Part shown: piece by piece, positions 47,797 to 56,870 of the stretch
Numbering within the stretch: the stretch's first letter is position 1
How the letters are laid out: every line of letters begins with the position of its first letter
Virus record (IMG/VR): IMGVR_UViG_3300002026_000001
Location: 1 to 64,000 of that record
From: a virus
Length of the DNA: 64,000 nucleotides
Strand: one strand, 5' to 3'
Position numbers and translations under genes: made by a program
Notes under the pieces: generated by a model
The model's database searches: none
Told to the model about the DNA's origin: nothing
The model's input: the letters and a program-made list of their open reading frames with translations, nothing else

Positions 47797-48153
47797 TCAG
47801 ATCACTACAATGTTGTTCTGACCGGTGCTGTTCTGAACAACAAGTGTTTGGTTGGTTATCGCGGTGATTGCCCCGAGGTCTGGAATCTTCAACGTCAACC
47901 CCTCGACAATATCGCGGAACCGGCAAATGCCGTTGTACGTCAGGATGTGCCACCAAAAGTCTTCTGACCCATACTCACGCAACGAGATAAGGTCAGCAGC
48001 GCCACGCTCTTCCTGCGTGACCTCGTGGTTTCTAAACTGCTTGATCTTCAAAACCTCCGGGACGATCTTGTCAAGCAATGGATCAATACCGTACTTGTCA
48101 GTCACGACCGCGTACGCCCTGAAGAATTTATTATTCCAATCGGGGCTATACAT
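47797..48153 (-). CDS. Baseplate wedge protein (gp53/LysM-like)
   Basis: RGAADLIS...YGSEDFWW.IL.YNGI....I.EG..LKIP motif. Confidence 0.65.
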   Translation of the reverse strand: MYSPDWNNKFFRAYAVVTDKYGIDPLLDKIVPEVLKIKQFRNHEVTQEERGAADLISLREYGSEDFWWHILTYNGICRFRDIVEGLTLKIPDLGAITAITNQTLVVQNSTGQNNIVVI

Positions 48154-48176
48154 AAAAACCACCTTTTTTGCACTTA

Positions 48177-48183
48177 CTAATTT
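48177..48183 (+). promoter_or_regulatory. Putative late promoter motif CTAATTT serving the antisense endonuclease
   Basis: About 30 nt upstream of the ATG at 48213. Confidence 0.4.
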
Positions 48184-48212
48184 CTTTAGGACTTACGATA
48201 AAGGAGCATGTC

Positions 48213-49157
48213 ATGAAAACCCCCAAGACAATAGAGTTTATTAAGAAGGCGCGGTTGGTTCACGGTAACAGGTACGTGTATAAAGACGTTGACTATGCGA
48301 CGGCGTTGGTTAAAATTACAATCATCTGCCGAAAGCACGGACCATTTCAAATGTCACCAAACATGCACCTTGGAGGTCAAAACTGTCAAACGTGCTCTCA
48401 AATCGCAAGAAACGAGAGTCGTCAAGATACGACGGAAAGCTTTGTGCGGAAAGCGATCAAAAAACACAAAGACTTATACACCTACGACCGCGTCAGGTAT
48501 AAAAATTCACAAACTGACGTCTTGATTGGGTGCAGGGTCCACGGGCTGTTTAAGCAACGTCCTGTAAACCATTTAAACGGTCAAGGGTGTTCAAAATGTT
48601 GCTATGAAGGTCGTGGAACACGTAGACAAAAAGGACTTGACCATTTCATATTGCGTGCGTCGGAAGTGCATGGGTCAACGTACGATTACTCGGAAGTTAA
48701 ATACGACAAGTGTGACAAGGACGTTGTTATCAGATGCAAGACGCATGGAACTTTCAAGCAAAAGCCTATGAACCACTACAAGGGTCAAGGTTGTCCGCTC
48801 TGTGCAGAACGTCTGAGATATTCAAAGATTGCAATAGAGTGGATTGAGTACGAGACTAAACGTAGACGGTTGAAAAATGTAATGCACGCTGAAAACGGTG
48901 GTGAGTTTTGCATACCCGGAACTAAGTACAAAGCAGACGGGTTTCACAAGGCTTCAAACACTGTCTTTGAATTCTACGGTGACTGCTACCACGGAAATCT
49001 TGAACGGTATAGGCCAATGTCTAAGCCAAACCCATTCTCCAATAAAACTGCAAAACAACTGTACCATGAAACCGTGAGGCGTGAAAACGAGCTTCGGTCT
49101 CTTGGGTATATTGTCGTATCAATTTGGGAACGTGACTACAACTCAATGAAGAAGTGA
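48213..49157 (+). mobile_element. Free-standing putative homing endonuclease: three Zn-binding DUF723-like repeats + PD-(D/E)xK/Vsr-like nuclease
   Basis: Three F...A..[VK]H...Y.Y..V.Y.....I.C..HG.F...P.NH..GQ.C..C repeats; KADGF....VFEFYG..YHG...LGY.VV.IWE; antisense to the operon; visibly AT-richer. Confidence 0.8.
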
Positions 49158-49164
49158 TACATGA

Positions 49165-49893
49165 TTAGCCGCCTTCGCTGTCACGATCCCTCTTATCAAA
49201 GAGTGCATCAATGTCTTTGGTTGTGAAGCAAGTGAAATAACTCTTCACGTCGATTGTCACTTTCGCTTTATGCGGTGTTCCAGAAGCACCCATGATATTG
49301 TCGAACTGAATATCAACACGATCAACGATGCAGTTGTAAAGCGAGAGAAACGTACCTATGTGAAGGCTGATCCGACGGCCACCCATCAACTGATTTGCTA
49401 TCGTTGGTCCCGGAGCTTTTAAAACCATGCTCATACCAAAGAGACCTTCTTCCGACGGGGCAACTAGCTTCAATAGGTTTCGACACCGTTCTTTGATTTC
49501 GCGCTCTGCGTTACGAACTGCTATGAATGTGAACGGAATCGAGAATCCGATAGGATCAGATGATTGCCATACCTGTGCAGAAGTTGCACGAGTACGTGCG
49601 GCAAGACCAGTCAGTTCGGAAAGCTTCTCAATCGCGCCACCGCCTTTAACGCCCCGGAGTGCGTCCTGCAAAACGTTTGCGTACGGTGCATTCCACTGGC
49701 TCGCCATTGAAAGCGAAAACGATTCATCAACAGACGTCGACACACTGAAAGGTGCACCACCGTTAACGTTTTTATCACCAGAGACGCGAAGGGTGATAAT
49801 GTATTGCGGGGCGACACCATAGTCAAGCGCGTATTGTTCATCTGACGGAACTGGCGGTCCTGAAGCGTCACTTAAAATAGGAACATTTGCCAT
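49165..49893 (-). CDS. Putative tail tube initiator (gp48/gp54-like)
   Basis: Position next to the tape-measure gene; W.SS.P..F...F...KLV.P...GP...IG.FL.....IV..V..FD motif. Confidence 0.45.
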   Translation of the reverse strand: MANVPILSDASGPPVPSDEQYALDYGVAPQYIITLRVSGDKNVNGGAPFSVSTSVDESFSLSMASQWNAPYANVLQDALRGVKGGGAIEKLSELTGLAARTRATSAQVWQSSDPIGFSIPFTFIAVRNAEREIKERCRNLLKLVAPSEEGLFGMSMVLKAPGPTIANQLMGGRRISLHIGTFLSLYNCIVDRVDIQFDNIMGASGTPHKAKVTIDVKSYFTCFTTKDIDALFDKRDRDSEGG

Positions 49894-49903
49894 AACTGTT
49901 TGC

Positions 49904-52579
49904 CTACACGTGGCCCAAATTTATAAGCACCAGTCCAAGGTCGTTGATAACGACTGGGATGCTTGAAAGGTCGGGTTGGTTGTTCGATGCTTGCTGCTTG
50001 TCGGACGTAGGAGCGGCGGTCGGTGCAGGTGCCTGTTTCATATCTTCGGCGTTTGCAACAACTACTTTCTTCGACTCTTCAGCAGCGGCAGTGCTTACTT
50101 TCGGGAATGCTTCTTTTCTCGTGCTCAGTACTTCAGGTGCGGTCGTGGCAACTTGCGTAGGCAACTGAGTTGTCGTTGTAGATGATGGAGTAACTGGCTG
50201 TGGCTTCGACGAGTCAGCCTTCGCTAGTTCAACAGGCTTCTTCACAGCATCAACTTGAGTTGGGTTTGCAGCGTACTTGTTTGCAGCGGCCAACTTCTTG
50301 TCGGCAACTTCCTTCAAGTAACCTTTGTTGATGTTGTTACCTTCACCAGCGATTGCCTGTGTCGTTGCTCGGCTTGCTTCATCAAGGCTCATATCGTTCA
50401 ACGCTTTGCCACTCTTGCGTGCAACGTTTTCAGTGCGGTCCTTGGTGTATGCGACCGCAAGCTTCGCGGAAACCTCTGGATCATTTGCAAGTTCTGGATT
50501 CTTCACCAGCCTGTCATCACCGTAAATCTGTTGGCTGTACTTGGCGTAGTTGTCTTTTCCAGTCAGTTGAATATGACCGCGACCACGGAAATCGTACCCA
50601 CCCATGTCGCCATACATCTTGTCGCCAAACGCTTTCGGGTCTTGCTTCAACGCCGTCAACTCGTCGTCAGACATACCCTTCGTCTTGGACTTGAAGATTC
50701 CACGAATACGCTCGTTGCTTGAACCAGCGTAGTTCATGTTTTCGGACTTTGCATTGAACCCACTCTCGACCGCAATGTTTCCCATCAGAGCAGCTTGAGC
50801 GTTCTTGCTCATGCCTGACTTTTCCATTTCAGCAACGAGTGCTTTCTTCTGCGTTTCCGTATCAGCGTTGTACGTTCCTTTGATGTCACCAGCCGCTTGC
50901 TTGACTGATGCTCCAATATCACCCATACCACGTTTTGCAGTACGCGTACCTTGGTCGATTACACCTGCAACGCCGCGTTCTTGGTACCCTTTCTGAACTG
51001 CACCGACTGTCGCGCTTGCGGTATCACCAACAGCGGTCGCAACGTTGCGAACGCCGGACCCAACACTTGATGCGACGTTGCCGACCTTCTCAACGCCTTG
51101 ATTGAGCGCGGCTTTAGCACTGCTCCAAGCACCTGAGAACATACCACCGAGGTTGCTGATACCTTTCTCAAGGTTGTCACCAAACTCTGCGACTCCGGTC
51201 TTAACGCTCGTGCCGAAAGCTTCAGCACCTTTTTGAATTCGATCACCAACTTCTTCAAGCTTCGGACCGAAATCATTCTTCAAGGCATCACGTGCATCTT
51301 TGCTGAACGGCGACAACACAGCAGCCATTGTCGTACCGAGCGCAGTGTCGATACCAGTACCGTCGAGAAGACCACCTTTCTCACCAGCGTCTTCACGCCT
51401 GTCTGCAAGTATTCTATCTGTCCAACTGTTGCCGCTATCGTTCCACAGTGACGATGGATCAAGTGTTTGAGCAATATCAGTTGCAGCACCACCAGCACGG
51501 AGAGCAAGAAACTTCGCCATGCTTCCCATAGAGCCGTCGCCAAGATCAGACGTATCAGTTCCAAAACGTCTTGCGTAACGGTCTGTCGAATCTTCTTTAC
51601 TTCCTTCGGTGACTGCACCAACCGCTGCAAGTGGTGCGGCAATGTGTCCGAGGAAACGTCCAGCGGTTCCCAACATTGGAGTGGCACGTGTCATCAAACC
51701 GCCACCGGCTTCAGCGACTTTACTCAGCAGACCACCACCGGCTTCAGCCGCTTTACTGAACAAACCACCACCAGCACGCATTGCTGTTGCGCCAACTTCA
51801 CCGATAGTTCCAATTGCACGTCCACCAGCACCGAGTGCAGAACGACCAAGACCGGCAGCGCGACTAAGCAGACCACCGGACTCTGAAGCACCTAGAACAT
51901 TGCGACCAGCACCCAACACTCGTGAACCGAAGCCAGAAACCGTTTCGCCAATTGATCCAAGCGCACGTCCAACACGACCAAACCTCCCTGCCTTACCTAG
52001 ACCGGGAGGTTTCTGTGGACCAATCTTTGCAGCTTCTTTTGCAGCTTTACGGCCTTGCTTCCAGTCTTTGAAATCCTTCCACGCTTCACGCGCATCCATC
52101 ACGTCATCAACGATTGACGACTTTGCGTTTTGGAATGCTTGACGCGCTTTGGCAACGTGTGAAAGTTTCTTCTCGCCAGTACCGCTTTGGCCGTCACGCT
52201 TTGAATACGTGTCGTCTTTACTGTTTGGCGGAGGGGCAGTCTGCTTGACCAACGTCTTGTTGAGTTCCGTCATCAGCTTCAACTGCTTTGCAATTTCTGC
52301 AAGATGGACGTTTGTTTGCTTCGCCGACCCTTGATTCAACTCGCTAATACGCTGGAACGAAGTCACTGTCGCACGAATACCACTTTTGACAGAGTCCTTC
52401 AGAGAACCAATGCCACCAACAACTGAACGCGTTTGCTTTTCTGCCTCAGCACCACGCTTTCCGGTCAGGTCAGCAGTGTTGCCAGTGTTTGCCGCCAACG
52501 CTTCAAGAAGTTCTTGCGGACTTGATTGGTCTGCTTCCTGTTTTTCGCGGACGGATTTCAAATAATCTGCTAGTGACAT
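49904..52579 (-). CDS. Tape-measure-like protein with C-terminal glycoside hydrolase (lysozyme-like/GH19) domain
   Basis: Long Gly/Ala-rich helical repeats; AA.MGNI.VESGF (catalytic Glu) and FRGRGHIQLTGKDNY motifs. Confidence 0.75.
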   Translation of the reverse strand: MSLADYLKSVREKQEADQSSPQELLEALAANTGNTADLTGKRGAEAEKQTRSVVGGIGSLKDSVKSGIRATVTSFQRISELNQGSAKQTNVHLAEIAKQLKLMTELNKTLVKQTAPPPNSKDDTYSKRDGQSGTGEKKLSHVAKARQAFQNAKSSIVDDVMDAREAWKDFKDWKQGRKAAKEAAKIGPQKPPGLGKAGRFGRVGRALGSIGETVSGFGSRVLGAGRNVLGASESGGLLSRAAGLGRSALGAGGRAIGTIGEVGATAMRAGGGLFSKAAEAGGGLLSKVAEAGGGLMTRATPMLGTAGRFLGHIAAPLAAVGAVTEGSKEDSTDRYARRFGTDTSDLGDGSMGSMAKFLALRAGGAATDIAQTLDPSSLWNDSGNSWTDRILADRREDAGEKGGLLDGTGIDTALGTTMAAVLSPFSKDARDALKNDFGPKLEEVGDRIQKGAEAFGTSVKTGVAEFGDNLEKGISNLGGMFSGAWSSAKAALNQGVEKVGNVASSVGSGVRNVATAVGDTASATVGAVQKGYQERGVAGVIDQGTRTAKRGMGDIGASVKQAAGDIKGTYNADTETQKKALVAEMEKSGMSKNAQAALMGNIAVESGFNAKSENMNYAGSSNERIRGIFKSKTKGMSDDELTALKQDPKAFGDKMYGDMGGYDFRGRGHIQLTGKDNYAKYSQQIYGDDRLVKNPELANDPEVSAKLAVAYTKDRTENVARKSGKALNDMSLDEASRATTQAIAGEGNNINKGYLKEVADKKLAAANKYAANPTQVDAVKKPVELAKADSSKPQPVTPSSTTTTQLPTQVATTAPEVLSTRKEAFPKVSTAAAEESKKVVVANAEDMKQAPAPTAAPTSDKQQASNNQPDLSSIPVVINDLGLVLINLGHV

Positions 52580-52613
52580 AATGTTCTCTCGGAGTGGCTA
52601 ACCAGTACGTCTA

Positions 52614-52802
52614 TCAATACATCTTGACCATGTTGCCTTTACGGGCGGCAGCAGTGTTGGCGTCTTCTCGGTCTTTTTTGTACTTGGAATAGAAGTACAG
52701 GAGTTTCAAGCTTGGCATGGAGTCATCAGATTGCAACCCACGATACTTCAGTAGGTCATACTCCATGTCAAGCAAGTCCTCCTCCGAGGCTATTGGAAAA
52801 AA
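52614..52802 (-). other. Putative -1 frameshift extension of the tail chaperone (slippery T TTT TTC at 52802-52796)
   Basis: The -1 frame is open for 60 codons: PIASEEDLLDMEYDLLKYRGLQSDDSMPSLKLLYFYSKYKKDREDANTAAARKGNMVKMY. Confidence 0.65.
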
Positions 52803-53569
52803 CTTAACGCATTCAGCTTCAGCTTTGTCGTGTGTTCAACACGGCAGCGGTTGCAGAAGAATGTAACTTCCTCGTCAATACCGTGGATGGTCTTACGGTT
52901 AATGTCGAGTGCTTCGCCAATCAAATTGGGGTTTGCTTCCGCCGCAGCAAGTTTTTCGGCCCACGTGTTACCGGCAATCCACTGGACCGCAGGTGCAATG
53001 TACGCCATTTCAGGATCAGCCAGTGCAGCAGCGCGATCTTCATAAATGTTCATACGTGGGAAGTCGAAACCTTCGGGCAATGAGAAGTTCTCGTCAAGAG
53101 AAAGAATTCGTGTGTCGGTGTCGTGTAGGACGCTCGTGTTTTCCGTGTTGCATTCCGAGGCGTCGTACTGTTCTTGAAGTTGTTCGACAGTGGGCCACTT
53201 GTCTTGCGAATACAGAAGCGGTTGCTTCGTTTCCTTGTGGACAAAGTATGGCTGGTGGCATTTCCATTCAGTGATGTATGGAGACTTCGGCATGCTCTTG
53301 AGACGTAGCCAAAGCATTACGTAGTAAAAATCACCAATCGTCAGACGCTCGACTGGGTAGGAGATAACGTTGTCAACTGCGCGGAGCAGGTGAGACATTT
53401 CTCCAAGTTGTGCAGCGACCGACAGCATCTTGTACTCGGCAAGTTTGAATGGCCGAATATAAAACGTAGCCATGTCCAGATACGGAATACCTTGCGATGG
53501 CAACACGCCAAGGTCGTGGAACGTCGCATCTTGCGCGATCTGTTGTAGCTTCTCGGTATCACATTTCAT
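52790..53569 (-). CDS. Tail/baseplate assembly chaperone (gp26/gp51-like)
   Basis: LPSQG.PY...IRPF...E...LT.GDF.Y..L.LR..S; C-terminal C.RC...L....FF; lies between the tube genes and the tape-measure gene. Confidence 0.75.
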   Translation of the reverse strand: MKCDTEKLQQIAQDATFHDLGVLPSQGIPYLDMATFYIRPFKLAEYKMLSVAAQLGEMSHLLRAVDNVISYPVERLTIGDFYYVMLWLRLKSMPKSPYITEWKCHQPYFVHKETKQPLLYSQDKWPTVEQLQEQYDASECNTENTSVLHDTDTRILSLDENFSLPEGFDFPRMNIYEDRAAALADPEMAYIAPAVQWIAGNTWAEKLAAAEANPNLIGEALDINRKTIHGIDEEVTFFCNRCRVEHTTKLKLNALSFFQ

Positions 53570-53580
53570 GTCATGTCCTT

Positions 53581-54093
53581 TTATTTAAGAAACTTGATTT
53601 TCATCGAGTCGACGCTGAAGTTTTGATTGAACGTAATACGTTCGCTACCCTCAGACGTTAGACTCAGTTGACCAGTGTCAGCCGGCCAACAACCACTGTA
53701 GGTGAGTTCAATCACTTCGTCACCTTTGGAGTCAAGCATTACAACAACCCAATCTTCCTTGAAGTCTTCTGGAAGGTTGTACAACGAAGTTGAAAAGTCC
53801 TTTACCTGCTGTTTCCAATTCCAGATATATTTCAGCGCGTTGCCATTACCGTCACCGTAAAACACCACGTTGAAAGCTGAAGTGTCGTGGAATTCAGGGA
53901 AGTAGTTGTAACCACCACCCATAAACACTCCAGTTGCTTTGACGTTGCTGAATGGTATTTCAAAGCTTTCAACATAGTTGGGCGTTACACCGTAGGCTTG
54001 GCCGCGAGGTACGTCCCGAACAATCCACCTAAACGCGAGTAGAGGATCGGGGCGTCGAAGCAGCATGCCAAGTTGAGTCATTTCAGACGCCAC
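53581..54093 (-). CDS. Tail tube-like protein 2 (gp19 family)
   Basis: DP...FRW; Y.GCWPA..G..L......F.V.FS.D motif. Confidence 0.7.
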   Translation of the reverse strand: MASEMTQLGMLLRRPDPLLAFRWIVRDVPRGQAYGVTPNYVESFEIPFSNVKATGVFMGGGYNYFPEFHDTSAFNVVFYGDGNGNALKYIWNWKQQVKDFSTSLYNLPEDFKEDWVVVMLDSKGDEVIELTYSGCWPADTGQLSLTSEGSERITFNQNFSVDSMKIKFLK

Positions 54094-54110
54094 GATTTTT
54101 CCTCTCGCCG

Positions 54111-54653
54111 TTAGGTAGTGTAGCCGCCGGTCTTGTCGTAGTAGTCAAACTTGAACCCGATGCTGTGGGTAATCAAGTTGCTGCTGCTACCATCGAACGA
54201 TGTTTCAGGAAGTGACGACGGCCAGATGTTGTACAACGTGTAGATCAACGCTGCATCACCCTTGTTGTCAAAGATTGACAGGACGGCGTTCGTTGCATAA
54301 CCAGTGGCAGCACCATCACCCTTGAACGCACCGTGCTGAGTTTGTGTGCCGCGAATCATTTCGGCCCACTTCTCGAAGATGCGGATAATACCGCCGCGAA
54401 CGTTTTCCACGTACGTGACGTTGAGGTCGTGGTTGAAGGTCTTGTTACCGGCGTAAACAACGCTGTGGCCAAAGAGGGCCACTGCTACTTCATTTACAGT
54501 TTCGCCCGGCTTCGTTGCTTGCTGGCATTGGATCAACAGTGGCTCAGATGCGCCGCTGTCGTTTGGTACTTGCGGAAATTCCAGAGTGAAGTGGTCAGAC
54601 ACCATCGGGTCTTTGATGACGCTCAGGATTTTCCCTAATTGGGGCTTGGGCAT
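54111..54653 (-). CDS. Tail tube protein (gp19 family)
   Basis: C....PG....V...G..V.YAG..TF.....TY.E...Y...NIWPS....F.......F.FDY. Confidence 0.8.
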   Translation of the reverse strand: MPKPQLGKILSVIKDPMVSDHFTLEFPQVPNDSGASEPLLIQCQQATKPGETVNEVAVALFGHSVVYAGNKTFNHDLNVTYVENVRGGIIRIFEKWAEMIRGTQTQHGAFKGDGAATGYATNAVLSIFDNKGDAALIYTLYNIWPSSLPETSFDGSSSNLITHSIGFKFDYYDKTGGYTT

Positions 54654-54688
54654 AACAGATACTCCTAGAACATTGAATGGTGACGAGT

Positions 54689-54898
54689 TCAGAACGTCGT
54701 CGGTTGTAGTACTGCACGATTCAGGGCCATCAAACCAGTTTGCAGATCAGTAGCACCAATGTTTACCCAACGTTGGTCGAGTTCTTTTGTATGCCGCATG
54801 TCTGTAATAAGAGTGCCAAGTTCTGCACTCTTTTTTGCAATTTCTGCGAGGAAATCAACGTCTGGTGGCCTAACAGGAATGATTCGACTTGTATTCAT
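54689..54898 (-). CDS. acb2: Acb2-like anti-CBASS cyclic-nucleotide sponge
   Basis: C-terminal RWVNIGATDLQTGLMALNRAVLQPTTF matches the Acb2 signature RW..I..T..Q.G.MA..RA..QP..F; TAATG-coupled to the sheath stop. Confidence 0.8.
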   Translation of the reverse strand: MNTSRIIPVRPPDVDFLAEIAKKSAELGTLITDMRHTKELDQRWVNIGATDLQTGLMALNRAVLQPTTF

Positions 54899-56493
54899 TA
54901 GGCACCCGTTACGCGAACCCCAGTCTTGTTGATGATTGCATTGAAGTAAATACGCTTCGCTGGCAACGTCGGATCACACCAGAGGTCGACGATCATGTCA
55001 CCGGCGGCAATCGTATCAGGCAAGTTGTTCGTGTCGTCACAGATAGCATCAAACGCGTACAAACCTTCTCCATCCTTGATCTGCTGCAAGAACTTGCGGC
55101 AATTCATTTGGATGCGGCTGCGCAACAGTTGGTCATTAGGGTCAAAGACACTGTAGAGCAACGAGTTTGCAATCGTCTTTTCAATCACGATCATCAAGCG
55201 ACGCACGTTGATGTTGCTCAACGCACTTGGCATGACCTGAAGTGTATCAGCACCCCAAACCTTGATGCCAGCACCTTCAATGACACGGATTGCATTGACT
55301 TGTGAGTCGTACAGTGCATCGCGCATACCTTGATCGTAGACCTTGCGAACACCGGCCACCACCAAGTCACCGCGAATCATACCAGCCGGTGCAAACCATT
55401 GACGGAAGTCACGGTCAGTACGAGCATAGCAAGCCGCGATCATGCCGCTCACCGGAGTGTAGAGGCGAATGTCGTTGTACTTGTCAGCAACGTACACGTC
55501 AGGCGTATACAACGCTGAGTACGAACTGTCAAGATGCAGAGTATCGCGTCGGAAACTGATCACGTCTTGCAACGCTTGCATGTCGCTCGGGGCATCGAGA
55601 ATTGCGATGCAGTCCATACGTGCTTGGCACAGGTCATCCAGCGCCATTTGGAACGATGGGTCTGTGATGCCGCTGTTGATAAACATGCTAACCTGAATGG
55701 CTTCAGGGTCTTGGTAAAGATCAAGGGCGTTTATGAAATCCGACGTCGTCGCGCGAGTACCGTCAACACCACCAACCAGTTGGATACCGGGAAGACTTGC
55801 GTTTCCACCGGTCAGCAACGTGTTGACCAACTGCGCTTTCGGGTTTGCAACAAACTCGGCGTTGTCTTCGTTCTGCACGATACGGATGTAACCGGATTTG
55901 CGGTTGATCTGCTCGGCAACGTTTAGCTGCACACCAAACCCGTCAACAACATGATCGAGGCTGCAATACCATGACTCGACCGGAAGCGCGATGCTCTGCA
56001 CGAACACTTGGATCGTGAAGAAGCCGACGCCGCGACGCGGATCAGTATTCGGAATCACACGAATGCACAGGTCACTGTTCCACGCGCCGGGGTTGATCGC
56101 GTGGACAGCAAACAGGCCGTTTGCTTCAAAAGCAATGTCATCAGGTGACGCAACACCGGACGCGAACGAAGACGAAACGTTTAGCGTGTGTGCTGCATTG
56201 CGGCTGACTTTACACCCACCAAGCAAAGCACCCGGTGCGACCCGCGTGACATACAATTGGTTGCCTTCTGTCAGGAAAGCGAGTGCGCTGTAACCCAACC
56301 AGCTTAAAGACGCGTCAGGCTTGCCAAACAAGTTGACGTAGTCGCTTTCTGACGTCACCAACGTTGCTTTTCCAACTGGACCTCGACGTGCTTCGCCGAT
56401 CACCACACCAATGGTGGCCAAAGACATTTGCGGCCTTTGGCTAAAATCGTTTTCAGTCACGTAGACGCCCGGACTTGTACCAGTGATACTCAT
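54898..56493 (-). CDS. Tail sheath protein (gp18 family)
   Basis: SPGVYV.E.D.S; G.A.RGP.G...V.S..Y..FG; WFAPAG..RG; LY..QVN.I...G..VWG..TL...SAL..INVRRL. Confidence 0.95.
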   Translation of the reverse strand: MSITGTSPGVYVTENDFSQRPQMSLATIGVVIGEARRGPVGKATLVTSESDYVNLFGKPDASLSWLGYSALAFLTEGNQLYVTRVAPGALLGGCKVSRNAAHTLNVSSSFASGVASPDDIAFEANGLFAVHAINPGAWNSDLCIRVIPNTDPRRGVGFFTIQVFVQSIALPVESWYCSLDHVVDGFGVQLNVAEQINRKSGYIRIVQNEDNAEFVANPKAQLVNTLLTGGNASLPGIQLVGGVDGTRATTSDFINALDLYQDPEAIQVSMFINSGITDPSFQMALDDLCQARMDCIAILDAPSDMQALQDVISFRRDTLHLDSSYSALYTPDVYVADKYNDIRLYTPVSGMIAACYARTDRDFRQWFAPAGMIRGDLVVAGVRKVYDQGMRDALYDSQVNAIRVIEGAGIKVWGADTLQVMPSALSNINVRRLMIVIEKTIANSLLYSVFDPNDQLLRSRIQMNCRKFLQQIKDGEGLYAFDAICDDTNNLPDTIAAGDMIVDLWCDPTLPAKRIYFNAIINKTGVRVTGA

Positions 56494-56504
56494 AACTGCT
56501 CTCC

Positions 56505-56870
56505 TTAACTCCAAAGATACTGAAGGCGAATACGATCAACGCCATCTGGTGGTGAAATTATTACACTTCCTGTCTCACCGTTGTTAATAAAAAGACCTCT
56601 GCACTTCAAGGTGATTGACGTTGCGGCACCTGAAATGTCAACTACGAAGTCCTCTAAGCTACTCAACATCAAAACTGATTTTGTTGGGGGGATGTGCAGC
56701 GGACTCAACGCCGTTATGGTCACGTCGCCTTGGTTGAATACGCTGTCTGTAGGAATCGGTGCAGCTACGGAGCCTTTCAGGATGACAGACCGTGTAAGCA
56801 GGTCTGCCAACTGTACTTTGAATTCCGTGACTACAGTTTTGTCATAGGGAAGATGTTTCGGTGTGCTCAT
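56505..56870 (-). CDS. Hypothetical virion protein
   Basis: ORF between the neck-like gene and the sheath; likely start MSTPKHL. Confidence 0.5.
   Translation of the reverse strand: MSTPKHLPYDKTVVTEFKVQLADLLTRSVILKGSVAAPIPTDSVFNQGDVTITALSPLHIPPTKSVLMLSSLEDFVVDISGAATSITLKCRGLFINNGETGSVIISPPDGVDRIRLQYLWS
56555..56561 (-). promoter_or_regulatory. Putative late promoter motif ATAATTT upstream of the sheath gene
   Basis: About 60 nt upstream of the sheath ATG, within the preceding ORF. Confidence 0.3.
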
